Source of the DNA: Gammaproteobacteria bacterium
GTDB lineage: Bacteria; Pseudomonadota; Gammaproteobacteria; Eutrophobiales; Eutrophobiaceae
Direction of reading: 5' to 3'
Assembly: GCA_965222155.1 (NCBI GenBank)
Contig: CBDCTH010000012.1
Coordinates: 2,304,001-2,368,000 of the forward strand
Length of the DNA stretch: 64,000 nucleotides
The translations under genes and the position numbers were made by a program. A model generated the notes under the pieces. That model did no database searches. It saw only the letters and a program-made list of their open reading frames with translations, and was not told the DNA's origin. Below are positions 21,278 to 31,067 of this stretch, in pieces. How positions within the stretch are numbered: position 1 is the first letter of the stretch; each line of letters opens with the position of its first letter.

Positions 21278-22401
21278 AGGCCATTGCTTTGGTGGCTGCG
21301 GGACGGGATGCTCTGGCAGAATTATTGGGTGAGCCCATGAGCTGGATTCAGGTCGGCGAGGAATCCTGTCAGATAGACGCGGATCTCCAGACAGCAGGAG
21401 GTGAGGATAGACAGATGTTTCTGCGGATAGAAGAAAAAGATAGCGTCAGCAGGGTGTTGGATCGCGCCAGGAAATCCCTGACAGAATTGGACGAAGCACC
21501 GGAATACACGAATCGCAATTATTTTGTACTGGCGTATGGAGCGTCTCGCAGATTGAACGTCAGACGAGGGCGTCGCGACAAGGGGGGTGGCTATAGACAT
21601 CCACGCGCCCTTGATGTAGCCACACTGTTTAATCCGGATGAGACACTCATTCCAATCGAATCGTGGGCAATGGATATGGACTATAAGGGAAACCAGGATG
21701 CAATGTGTGCGATTAAAAAGGTGACGTCCGAATTTTTGCGAGGTGTAACGTTTTCAAGGATTGACAAGGACGAGGGAAGCTTGATGTTCAAGACGCCGCA
21801 GGGCGATGTTCCGATGAGCCAGTTGAGTGATGGATACCAGAGTGTAGCCAGCTGGGTCGGAGATCTGGTGTGTCGGATTACCGAAGTCTTTGGGAACTAC
21901 AGAGCTCCATTGAGAGCACGCGGTTTACTACTGATTGATGAAGTAGATCTTCACCTGCATCCCGCCTGGCAACGAGAGTTGCTGGATTTCCTGTGTCGTA
22001 AACTGCCTAATTTTCAGGTTGTAGCAACCACCCACTCTCCTTTTACAGCACAACAAGCCAACAGAAATGAACTTCACTACATACAGAAGCGGGGTAAGTC
22101 GCTCGAACTGTACCAATATACTGGCAATCCAAAGTATCTGTTACTGCACCAATTAGTGATGTTTGATGTTTTTGGCCTGAAAACAGACGAATCCCTCGTA
22201 CAGGAAAAGAGGAAGGCTCACTATGAAAAACTTCGTGATACTAAAAACCTCACGGAACAGCAGAAAAGAGAGCTGGATAAACTGGTAGAAGAGTTGTCAA
22301 CGGCCCCGCAAATCTTGCGCTCCAACATGTTGATGTCCGAGGAACATCTTGACCTTCTGAAAACCATCCAGCAAAAACTGGCGAAAGCACGCAAGTCATG
22401 A
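21278..22401 (+). pseudogene. 5'-truncated AAA/ABC ATPase (PtuA/Septu- or retron-effector-like)
   Basis: Begins at KAIALVAAG (just after where Walker A should lie); QLSDGY, LLIDEVDLHLHPAWQR, TTHSP present. Confidence 0.8.
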
Positions 22402-22450
22402 TCCGACTCAAACGAGTCCGGAAGGAATCGGCTATCTACAAAAATTTTCA
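22398..22450 (+). pseudogene. First ~17 codons of the ATPase partner gene (PtuB/HNH-like start)
   Basis: ATGA overlap, MIRLKRVRKESAIYKNF, then abrupt switch to unrelated DNA. Confidence 0.5.
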
Positions 22451-22581
22451 GAAGACCGGAACCGTTCCCCAATCAGTTCTTCCAACCCGTCTATGCGCTG
22501 GTCATGCCTTTGACCCTGACGCCACATCAAACCTGACAAGCCAATACCAAAAGTAAAAATAGCAATTAATTCAGGTGTCAT
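22432..22581 (-). pseudogene. Small TM/coiled-coil protein, probably 3'-truncated
   Basis: MTPELIAIFTFGIGLSGLMWRQGQRHDQRIDGLE. Confidence 0.45.
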
Positions 22582-22867
22582 AGGTTTATATCCTGGTACT
22601 TCAATACTAATTTGGCCTCGTTGAACCTTTTTTATACCAGTTGTTAGCTCAAAACAGAATAGTGTATACATGCGATTCGGAGTTTCTTTTAGGGTGTAAA
22701 TTCAGATAATAAGTGTAAGACCCGAAGAAGCGAGTGAACTGGTATATTTTACGGTTTGGCAAGAGAAAGTTGGCAAATCAGCAACATAGAAAGTTTGATT
22801 CTTGAGGACTTTTGTATATAATTCCCAATGAGTTTTATAGGACTGTATTGTACTCGAAATTGATCTC

Positions 22868-23657
22868 TTGAAGGAAACTTATTTGGCTGCTAGAACTAAT
22901 ATAGATAGCCTCTCTATTGCTGAGGTGGGTGTATTGCGAAGTGTCTATTCACGCGCTCAGAGTCTCCAAGATGATCGCGGATATAATTACTTTGCTGGTG
23001 TGCATGGATTACCGCTTCCTATTCAATGTGAGCATGGTTCACTCCTAATTTTTGCCTTGGCATCGGGCATATCTTTATTTTTTTGAGTTGGCGTTACAAG
23101 ATTTGGAACCAAATGTCAGCGTGCCGTGGTGGGATTGGACATCTGCAACTTCTCATCAAAAGGGACTTCCAGCTATTTATTCAACGTCTCGAGAAGAAGG
23201 AAACACAAACCCTCTTTTTGCGACAACGGTCAACTGGTCACGCCAAGAGATACAGTGAGTGATTCAAGTTGTTCCGGACACTCTTACCAAAAACGGACGC
23301 ACACAACGAAAACCAGATATTCCAGGCGAGCTTCCACGCCGAAAAACAATTGAGGATATTTTGGATGCGCCAACATTTGAAGACTTTTCACTTCGCTTGG
23401 AGAACGTGCATAACGCTGTGCATCTTTGGGTAGGTGGTGCAATGTCGCAAGTGCCGACGGCGGCGTATGACCCCATATTTTGGTCCCATCATTCCATGAT
23501 TGACCGATTATGGTACTTATGGCAATTACGCCACCCAGGACTTGATCCGCCAATCGAGTTGTTGGGAACGGTTTTGACGCCTTTCCCGATAACAGTCGCC
23601 CAAACTCTCAATATCGAGTCTCTAGGCTATGAATATGCTGTGCAGATAATAATGTAG
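22868..23657 (+). pseudogene. Tyrosinase (type-3 copper) disrupted by a frameshift and an in-frame TGA
   Basis: CEHG..L(FL)PWHR CuA and HNAVH...DPIFWSHH CuB split over three ORFs; +1 shift near 23048, TGA at 23256-23258. Confidence 0.88.
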
Positions 23658-23669
23658 GAGGATTATCAG

Positions 23670-24179
23670 ATGGCGCTTTCTCAAAATCAGATGCAAGAAA
23701 AAAATAGTGTTGAGGGAACATGCAACGAGTTGCTTTTTCGACCGAGTGATAACGAAAAAAATCAGTTTCGTCGAGCTGATCTCATTTTCACGAATGTTGA
23801 TCATAGCGGTTTGTCTTATGAAGTCCGGGTTTACTTAAATAACCAAAGTGCAAATAAATCAACGCCGCGTTCGGCAGAAGAAGGGTATGCGGGACGCTAC
23901 ATTATTTTTGGTCACGGTGGTTGTTTCGGGGAAACAGGTCACTGCGCGGTTCCAACTGACCCCAAGGCAACGAATGATTTACGTCCTGTACATCCTCTCA
24001 CGCCGCAAAAAAAGATCGTGACTATTACGCATACACTTAAACATATTCTTGATGAAAGTCCAGATGGGCTTGAAACCGTAACATTGGTTCCAGTCGTTGA
24101 AACAGAATCGCAAGAAGATCAAGAAGTTTACATTGAACGAGTTAAGTCCAGCAAAACAGAACTACGCATCTACGACTGA
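23670..24179 (+). CDS. Tyrosinase-associated protein (C-terminal-domain/caddie-like)
   Basis: Strong RBS; VDHSGLSYEVRVYLN and FGHGGCFGETGHC motifs; adjacent to tyrosinase. Confidence 0.65.
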   Translation: MALSQNQMQEKNSVEGTCNELLFRPSDNEKNQFRRADLIFTNVDHSGLSYEVRVYLNNQSANKSTPRSAEEGYAGRYIIFGHGGCFGETGHCAVPTDPKATNDLRPVHPLTPQKKIVTITHTLKHILDESPDGLETVTLVPVVETESQEDQEVYIERVKSSKTELRIYD

Positions 24180-24285
24180 ACACTCTACTGCCTGAGGCGG
24201 CGGCTTTAAGTTACGGCTAAAAGCCGGATTACGGAAGGTTTGCCAGATAGAGTGTTTTTCAACATGGAATAAGCCTGACTCTGGT

Positions 24286-24335
24286 ATGCTGACCCTTGTT
24301 CGGTCTTCGCAGTTCAAACGCGACATAACTCGAAT
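24286..24335 (+). pseudogene. YafQ-like toxin N-terminal fragment
   Basis: MLTLVRSSQFKRDI, cut at the duplication boundary. Confidence 0.55.
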
Positions 24336-24641
24336 TCACCCTCCCCCTTTCTGGTATGCCAGGTCGAAGCGGGAGAGGAAAGCCGCGCGTTCGGACGCGC
24401 TGAAACCGCTGAACTCGATGGTGACTTCAGTCACGGGAAATTCCAGGATGGCGAGTTTTCTGATGGCCTCGGGAGCCAGGGTAATTTTCACCAGGCCGGT
24501 ACAAGTGGTGATATTGACCTGGTTTTCCTGCCGGGAAACGGCGGCATTATTAACTGCCCTGGGCAGCAGGCGGAAAAATTCCTTGTGGGTAATGCTCATT
24601 TCCCGGATCAGGCAGTTATCAAGTGGTGGAGCAGTATTCAC
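24336..24641 (-). CDS. Small AOR-associated protein (AorE-like)
   Basis: Fifth gene of the aor operon; ends FDLAYQKGGG. Confidence 0.7.
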   Translation of the reverse strand: MNTAPPLDNCLIREMSITHKEFFRLLPRAVNNAAVSRQENQVNITTCTGLVKITLAPEAIRKLAILEFPVTEVTIEFSGFSASERAAFLSRFDLAYQKGGG

Positions 24642-24735
24642 GACTATATCGTTCAGGTTGATAGATGCGCCAGATGGGGGACTGCCAGAAGGGGACAGAT
24701 TTAAATCTGTCCCCTTTTATCATGTTTTATCCGGC

Positions 24736-24987
24736 TCACCCACCCGCTACCGGCGGCCATATTGCCAGGGTGTCTCCGTCATTGAATACGGACTTGTTGC
24801 GGTCCTCAGGTTTGATATATACACCGTTCAACAGCACCAGGTGAGCCATTTCTCTCGGCACCTTGTACCTGTCGATGACTTCATAAGCGGTATTGTGTTC
24901 GGCTATCTCTATGATGAGTTTATTATCCTTGGCATCAGGGGGAAGGTAGTCCGTTAAACCGGCGTAGAGTTTGAGTATCAGCTTCAT
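24736..24987 (-). CDS. MoaD/ThiS sulfur carrier (AorD-like)
   Basis: Ubiquitin-like, C-terminal GG. Confidence 0.9.
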   Translation of the reverse strand: MKLILKLYAGLTDYLPPDAKDNKLIIEIAEHNTAYEVIDRYKVPREMAHLVLLNGVYIKPEDRNKSVFNDGDTLAIWPPVAGG

Positions 24988-25168
24988 GATGAGGTGTCGC
25001 TGCGCGACGGGTTATTTGACTGGATTCCGGCCTGCGCCGGAATGACGGCGTTGGGGCTTACGCCGGAAGGACGGCGTTGGGGCTTGTGCCGGAATAGTTG
25101 CGCGGGGATATGCGCCGGTATAACGGCAGGGCCGTGCGCGGCGAAGATGGTACAGCCGGCTGAACTAC

Positions 25169-26434
25169 TCAAAGCAGTGCGGCGTTGTGGCCGATTGACT
25201 GGGTTGCGCCGAGGTAGGCTTCCATAATCCTGGTGGGGTCGCTCAGCAGGTGTTCCTTCCACTTGCCCAGCTTCAGCTTTGTCTGTATCAGGCCGCGCAA
25301 AACGCCGACGTGATTAGTCAGTCCCAACGCCTGGGCGCCTACCAGGATGTCATTCTGAAACTGCAGGCTGATATAGCGGTATCTTTCCGCATCCACCAGT
25401 TCAACGGATTCGCCGCCGTCAACACCCATCCATAGACCATAAGAGGTGGAAACCAGTCCCATGGTATCCAGCACGTTCATATTGACACTGCCCTGGTGGC
25501 GGGTATCCCGGCCGGACATGTTCATTGCGGCTATCCTGCCGTGGTCCGCGGCCGTGGGCTGGATCGCCTGTACGCTGTACTCCGAAGTGGAAAAATCCTT
25601 GCCCTGGCACACGTCGCCGGCAGCATACACATCGGGGTGGCTGCTTTGCAGGCGATCATTCACCAGCACGCCGAAGCCTGTCTCAATCCCGCTGCCTTCC
25701 AGAAACTGAATATTGGCCCGCACACCGGTGGCGGAAATCACCACGTCGGCGTCCAGCGTATCACCGTTGTCAAGCCGTACCGACAACCTTCCGGCGCCTT
25801 CTCGCTCAATTGCTTCAACCCGGGTCGAGGTCAACACGTTGATGCCCTTGGCCAGACACCATTGTTTTATCAGGTTCCCGGCGGTCTGGTTCATCATACG
25901 CGGGACCATGCGGTCTTCCATTTCGACCACCGTCAGGTTTACTCCGCGCTCTGCCAGCGCCTCCAGGATAATGCAACCGATGAAGCCCGCTCCCATCAGG
26001 ATAACGTCGGATCCCTCAACGGCATTCTGCGCGATATTTCTGCCGTCCTCCAGGGTCCAGCAGGAAAGAACACCGGGCAAATCCAGTCCAGGGATGGGGG
26101 GACGGATAGGATGAGAACCTGTGGCAATCAATAACTTATCGAAGTTGACCGTAGTCCCGTCTTCCAGTCCCAGGGTGTGGGCGCCGGGGTTCACCGACTC
26201 TACCCGGCCCTGGACCATATCAATATTACTGTCCGCATAATGCGTTGCAGACTTGCGCAGGTAAGTGCCGTCTTCATCAATATTATTAATGAGGTAGTAC
26301 GGCAATGCCATGCGGGAATACGGCGGCTCTGTTTCGTCGCCTATGAGTTTTATCGAACAGGAGGCATCGTTTTTTCTGAGTGTCTCCGCTGCGATGACGC
26401 CGGCAGGCCCGGCCCCGATAATGACGTGTTGCAT
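25169..26434 (-). CDS. FAD/NAD oxidoreductase subunit (AorC-like)
   Basis: IIGAGPAG, LLIATGS, GAGFIG, VYAAGDV. Confidence 0.9.
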   Translation of the reverse strand: MQHVIIGAGPAGVIAAETLRKNDASCSIKLIGDETEPPYSRMALPYYLINNIDEDGTYLRKSATHYADSNIDMVQGRVESVNPGAHTLGLEDGTTVNFDKLLIATGSHPIRPPIPGLDLPGVLSCWTLEDGRNIAQNAVEGSDVILMGAGFIGCIILEALAERGVNLTVVEMEDRMVPRMMNQTAGNLIKQWCLAKGINVLTSTRVEAIEREGAGRLSVRLDNGDTLDADVVISATGVRANIQFLEGSGIETGFGVLVNDRLQSSHPDVYAAGDVCQGKDFSTSEYSVQAIQPTAADHGRIAAMNMSGRDTRHQGSVNMNVLDTMGLVSTSYGLWMGVDGGESVELVDAERYRYISLQFQNDILVGAQALGLTNHVGVLRGLIQTKLKLGKWKEHLLSDPTRIMEAYLGATQSIGHNAALL

Positions 26435-26618
26435 GTTTAGTCTCTTTTTATAAGGAATGACTTCGTCATGGTTGTTTCACTGGATTCCTGCTTTCGCAGG
26501 AATGACGAGCTTTTGCCGGAATGACGGGCCTGTCCAGGGGACGGACTTAAGTCCGTCCCCGGCGTCCCCGAGCTTACGCCGGAGTGACAGACTATCGCCG
26601 ACATGACGGGGCACTCAG

Positions 26619-28472
26619 TCAGCCCAGGCTCAGGCGCTGTCGGGTATCGTCGGTCGGTACGCCCTGCTTATCCCAGCCGCGAACCTCATAGTATTTCGGC
26701 AGCATCTCGTGCAGGTTGTTGACCATCCCCTTGGCCGGTCCGGTCTTAGCCGGTTCAGTGAGCATACGTTTCGGCAGCGTATCGTCTGCCGCGGTCAGTC
26801 CGGCCGCGAGGTTGAATTCACGTTCCAGGTTCCAGATACGCTCACCCGCTTCCAGCATAGTCTCAGCGGTCCAGTCACCCTCACAAGCCGCAGCCACCTG
26901 GGGAGCAATATCTTCCAGGGTCCAGGCAAATGTGGTGAAGACGCACAGGCCGGCCGAATCTACAATGGCGGTGGCGTCCTGGAAGGCCTTGACCAGTTCC
27001 GGTTTGCCCTCCGTCGACAGCGGGTCGGTTTTTACCGGCACGCCCATCACCTCGGATGATACGGTGTAACTGCGCAAATGACAGGCGCCGCGGTTGGACG
27101 TGGCGTAAGTCAGCCCCATGCCCTGGATGCCGCGGGGGTCGTAGGCCGGGAATTCCTGGCCTTTCACCGTCATCGACAAATCAGGATGACCGTATTTTTC
27201 ACACAGGCGCTTGGAACCCATGCCCAGTTCCCGACCGAAACCTTCTCCCTTGCAGGTAACTTCGGTTGCCCAGGACAGCGCTTGCGCCGAACCGAATTTC
27301 AACTCGACGCCGCCTGTGTGCTCTTTGGTTATCACCCCCATCTCATACATTTCCATGGCGGCGGCAAGGGTGGAGCCAAAGGAGATCGGATCAATCCCGT
27401 CCTCGTTACAGAGGAAATTCGCATAGGTCAGGGCATCAATGTCGTCAATGCCGGTATCCGAGCCCAGCGCCCAGGCCGCCTCGTATTCCAACCCGCCTGA
27501 TGAACCCCAGTATTGCGGTTTGTTTTCAACAGTGAAGTGGCCTTGATCGATGGTGGATATGCGTCCACAGGCGATAGTGCAGCCCTGGCACGCGGCGTTG
27601 GTGACCAGGTTGGGTTTACCGTCACTTTCCCGCGGTTCGTGCATGGCCTCGCCGGAAATCTTGCTGGCGCCGGCGAAATGGACTTCACGCATATTATGGG
27701 TAGGCATGGCGCCGACTTCGTTGATCACGTTCATCAATACGTTGGTGCCGTAGGTCGGAAGTCCCTGTCCGGTTACCGCGTTATCAGCCAGGACTTTCTT
27801 GCCGGCATTTACCGCCTGCATGAATGCGGCCGGGTCCTTGATGTTGCCTACGCCCTTGGTGCCCCTGACCGCGACCGCCTTGAGGTTCTTGGACGCCATG
27901 ACCGTACCGACGCCGGAGCGACCCGCAGCGCGATGCAAATCGTTCACGATCGCCGAGTACAGGCAGCCATTCTCTGCGCTGCGGCCGACGGCGGCAATAC
28001 GCAACAACGGATCCTGGTATTTTTTGTGCAGCCACTCATCTGCCGCCCACACCGACTTGCCCCAGATCTCGTCCGCGGAGACTATCTCCACCTTGTCATT
28101 TTCGATATACAGGTAAACGGGCGTCGGTGCTTTGCCTTCAAATATAACCATATCGTAGCCGGCGGATTTCAACTCTGAACCGATGAACCCGCCGGAATTT
28201 GAACAGGCTACTGCGCCGGTCAGCGGGCTCTTGGTGACAACGGAATAGCGGCCGGCGGTGGATGCCATGGTGCCGGTCAGGGGACCGGTCGTCATGATCA
28301 GCTTGTTTTCGGGCGACAGGGCATCGCACATGGGGTCGATCTCTTCTGCCAGGTACTTGGTGGCAAGTCCGCGCTGGCCCAGGTAGAGCCGGGCCCATTC
28401 CATATTCAACGGTTCATTGGTGCTGGAACCATCAGTGAGATTTATTCGTAATACATTGTTTGTCCAAGCCAT
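26619..28472 (-). CDS. Tungsten aldehyde:ferredoxin oxidoreductase catalytic subunit (AorB-like)
   Basis: TKSPLTG, SNSGG, AAGRSGVG.VM.SKNLKAV, CxxCxxxC, GLEYE, YY..RGWD. Confidence 0.95.
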   Translation of the reverse strand: MAWTNNVLRINLTDGSSTNEPLNMEWARLYLGQRGLATKYLAEEIDPMCDALSPENKLIMTTGPLTGTMASTAGRYSVVTKSPLTGAVACSNSGGFIGSELKSAGYDMVIFEGKAPTPVYLYIENDKVEIVSADEIWGKSVWAADEWLHKKYQDPLLRIAAVGRSAENGCLYSAIVNDLHRAAGRSGVGTVMASKNLKAVAVRGTKGVGNIKDPAAFMQAVNAGKKVLADNAVTGQGLPTYGTNVLMNVINEVGAMPTHNMREVHFAGASKISGEAMHEPRESDGKPNLVTNAACQGCTIACGRISTIDQGHFTVENKPQYWGSSGGLEYEAAWALGSDTGIDDIDALTYANFLCNEDGIDPISFGSTLAAAMEMYEMGVITKEHTGGVELKFGSAQALSWATEVTCKGEGFGRELGMGSKRLCEKYGHPDLSMTVKGQEFPAYDPRGIQGMGLTYATSNRGACHLRSYTVSSEVMGVPVKTDPLSTEGKPELVKAFQDATAIVDSAGLCVFTTFAWTLEDIAPQVAAACEGDWTAETMLEAGERIWNLEREFNLAAGLTAADDTLPKRMLTEPAKTGPAKGMVNNLHEMLPKYYEVRGWDKQGVPTDDTRQRLSLG

Positions 28473-28490
28473 TTTTAACTTCCTCCCGTA

Positions 28491-28961
28491 TCAGTTAGCG
28501 CCGGCGCCTGCCGCGGCGTGGGCGCGCATCCGGTCAAGCCCGGTATGATCAGCATCGACGTACGTAATGGCGGCCGTCGGACAGGCTTTTGCACATTCGG
28601 GGTCGCCGCCGCACAAATCACATTTATAGACAACCCTGGTATCCTGGTTGTAGTTGACTGTCCCGAACGGACAGGCAATGGTGCATACCTTGCAGCCGAC
28701 GCAGACGTCAGCCAGCACGTCCTTGGATCCGGTTTCCTCGTTCAGCACGATGGCTTCGACGGGACAGGCGTGCATGCACCAGGCCTCGCTGCACTGGGTG
28801 CAGGTATAGGGGACAAACCGGCCTTGCTCATGGAAGGTAAACACCTTGATGCGGGATTTGGAGGGGTTGAATACACCTTCCGCTTGATAAGAACAGGCCA
28901 GCTCACATTGCAGGCAACCGGTACACTTTTCCGGTTCAATCTGGAGTGATCTCAGCATCAC
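28491..28961 (-). CDS. 4x[4Fe-4S] ferredoxin subunit (AorA-like)
   Basis: Four CxxCxxC...CP-type clusters. Confidence 0.92.
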   Translation of the reverse strand: MMLRSLQIEPEKCTGCLQCELACSYQAEGVFNPSKSRIKVFTFHEQGRFVPYTCTQCSEAWCMHACPVEAIVLNEETGSKDVLADVCVGCKVCTIACPFGTVNYNQDTRVVYKCDLCGGDPECAKACPTAAITYVDADHTGLDRMRAHAAAGAGAN

Positions 28962-29267
28962 ATCCTCCTTTAGTTAAATAGTAGGAATAGAAATAAAAAA
29001 TCTAATACCAGCATTTCTACAATGAGAAAGACTGGAAAATTCTTATGCAAAATCGGGAAAGTGTCCCAAACTCACCACTACCGATTTTTCTTATAATAGG
29101 TTTATCCGGCTTCACCCTTAGTGGTATAGTCCATTAGCCACTGGTATAAACCACTCGTTAAAGGATACAGGAACAGATTGATGATGACAATATCCTGTAG
29201 CGGGGAATCTGCAACCGCGCATGCGCCGGAAACAGAACTATTTTATTCTTTGTAAGTCCAATTTCCA

Positions 29268-30083
29268 ATGACAGGAAAATTATTTATGAAAAGCGTTCTT
29301 TTTATCATTCTCTGTCTTGCCTGGAGCGGCGCGGGAGCAACAGAAATCAGGATTGCTTTCATAGGTCCTGACAATAACAGCGCATACAAAGGCGCTGAAC
29401 AGGGGATCCATGAGGCGAACCTGCAAGGCGGGTTCCTGGGCCAGAGCTATTCCCTGCATAGGTCCAGCAGTGAGGATATGAACGCAATCGACCCGGCCGG
29501 GTTTATCGTCGTTATCGTCTCCACGAATGCAGACGACCTGCAACAGGCTGCCCGGCGCTTCACGGATCACGCAATCCTGAACGTGGCCGTACACGACGAC
29601 GGGCTCAGGGAAGAATGCAGTGCAAATCTTCTTCATGTTATACCCAGCAGGAAAATGCTGGCGGACGCCGAAACCCAGTGGTTGCAAAAATCGCCGGGTG
29701 ACGAGATAAGCGTTTCCGGCTGGCACCCTGATTTTGTGAAATTCGCCGCACGGGACCTGAATAAACGCTACAAGAAAAAGTTTTCCGAAGCCATGGACCA
29801 GTATGCCTGGGCCGGTTGGGCCGCGGTCAAGATGACCTCGGATTCGGTGGCAAGGAAAGAATTAACCGACCCGGTCGCGCTGTTGAGCCATCTTAAGACC
29901 GGATTATCGTTTGACGGCCAGAAAGGCCTTGACATGGATTTCCGCGACACCGGGCAGTTGCGCCAACTACTGCTTATTGCCAATACTGCCGGAGAACTGC
30001 TGGGCGAGGCGCCGGTCAGAGGCGTCGTCGCGCCTGACGACGTGGATAGCCTGGGTCTGGCTTCCTGTTATAATTCGTTGTAA
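29268..30083 (+). CDS. ABC substrate-binding-like protein associated with PQQ alcohol dehydrogenase systems
   Basis: Signal peptide; GAEQGIHEANLQG.FLG, WAAVK, DFRDTGQLRQ. Confidence 0.7.
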   Translation: MTGKLFMKSVLFIILCLAWSGAGATEIRIAFIGPDNNSAYKGAEQGIHEANLQGGFLGQSYSLHRSSSEDMNAIDPAGFIVVIVSTNADDLQQAARRFTDHAILNVAVHDDGLREECSANLLHVIPSRKMLADAETQWLQKSPGDEISVSGWHPDFVKFAARDLNKRYKKKFSEAMDQYAWAGWAAVKMTSDSVARKELTDPVALLSHLKTGLSFDGQKGLDMDFRDTGQLRQLLLIANTAGELLGEAPVRGVVAPDDVDSLGLASCYNSL

Positions 30084-30101
30084 AACCATATGGAGTAAAA
30101 A

Positions 30102-31052
30102 ATGAAGCAATTTATTATCGCAATCTTATTGTTCCTGGGTTGTTTTCAGCTTGCCTACGCGGCCAGCGGTCGTATCTTCATCACCAATGAGCGCAGTAAC
30201 GATATCTCCGTCATAGACGGCGCCTCGCTGGAAATCGAAAAAACCATCGAAGTCGGCGACCGGCCCAGGGGGATCGGCATTTCACCCGATGGCACTGAGT
30301 TATATGTCGCGGTCAGTGAAGAAAGCGTCATCGCGGTTATCGACTTGAAGACACTGGAACTACTACGGAAATTCAAGGCCGGGTCCGACCCGGAAACCTT
30401 TGCGGTGCATCCGAATGGAAATATCTATATCTCCAACGAGGATGATGCAAAGGCAACTGTCTTTAATCCTGTCACGGGTGAACAGATAGCGGAGATCCAG
30501 GTGGGCCTGGAGCCGGAGGGCGTAGCTATTTCCCCCGATGGCAAGTACGTGATAGTCACCAGTGAATCAACCAACATGCTGCACGTCATACAGGTCCCCG
30601 AGCACACCATTGTCGCCAACATCCTGGTCGGCGCCAGGCCGCGCGCTGCCGTATTCACTAATGACGGCAGCCTGGCATTCGCCACTTCCGAGATCAGTGG
30701 CGAGGTCAAAAAGGTCGACATGACGAGCCATGAAATTATTGCGGTGAAGAAAATTGCGGACGAAAAGGCCAAGCCCAAAGACGTGATCCTGAATAAGGAT
30801 GAGACCAAGCTTTACGTGGCAGGCGGCAGGGCCAACCAGGTCATCGTTCTGAACGCGGATACGATGGAACTCATCAAGGCAATTCCGGTAGGCAAGCGGG
30901 TCTGGGGACTGGCCATGACCAAGGACGGCAGCCGGGTGTTCAGCACCAACGGGGTGAGCGGTACCGTTTCCGTGATCGACACCGGGAAAGATGAGGTCAT
31001 CAAGACCATTGAAGTCGGCAAATTCCCCTGGGGCGTCGTTATAGACGACTAG
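30102..31052 (+). CDS. YVTN beta-propeller protein (PQQ-catabolism associated type)
   Basis: Repeated ITNE.SN.ISVID / VG..P.G motifs. Confidence 0.88.
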   Translation: MKQFIIAILLFLGCFQLAYAASGRIFITNERSNDISVIDGASLEIEKTIEVGDRPRGIGISPDGTELYVAVSEESVIAVIDLKTLELLRKFKAGSDPETFAVHPNGNIYISNEDDAKATVFNPVTGEQIAEIQVGLEPEGVAISPDGKYVIVTSESTNMLHVIQVPEHTIVANILVGARPRAAVFTNDGSLAFATSEISGEVKKVDMTSHEIIAVKKIADEKAKPKDVILNKDETKLYVAGGRANQVIVLNADTMELIKAIPVGKRVWGLAMTKDGSRVFSTNGVSGTVSVIDTGKDEVIKTIEVGKFPWGVVIDD

Positions 31053-31067
31053 TCCGTATCAGAAGCC

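Noticed and set aside
23256-23258. Selenocysteine or readthrough at the tyrosinase TGA
   Set aside because: Not a catalytic Cys position and the gene also has a frameshift; decay is simpler
10983-24335. Integron cassette array
   Set aside because: No integron integrase, no recurring attC-like sites, mixed orientations
24286-24957. 223-aa plus-strand ORF (and 19641-20180)
   Set aside because: yafQ-like stub running into the antisense strand of the aorD/E-like genes
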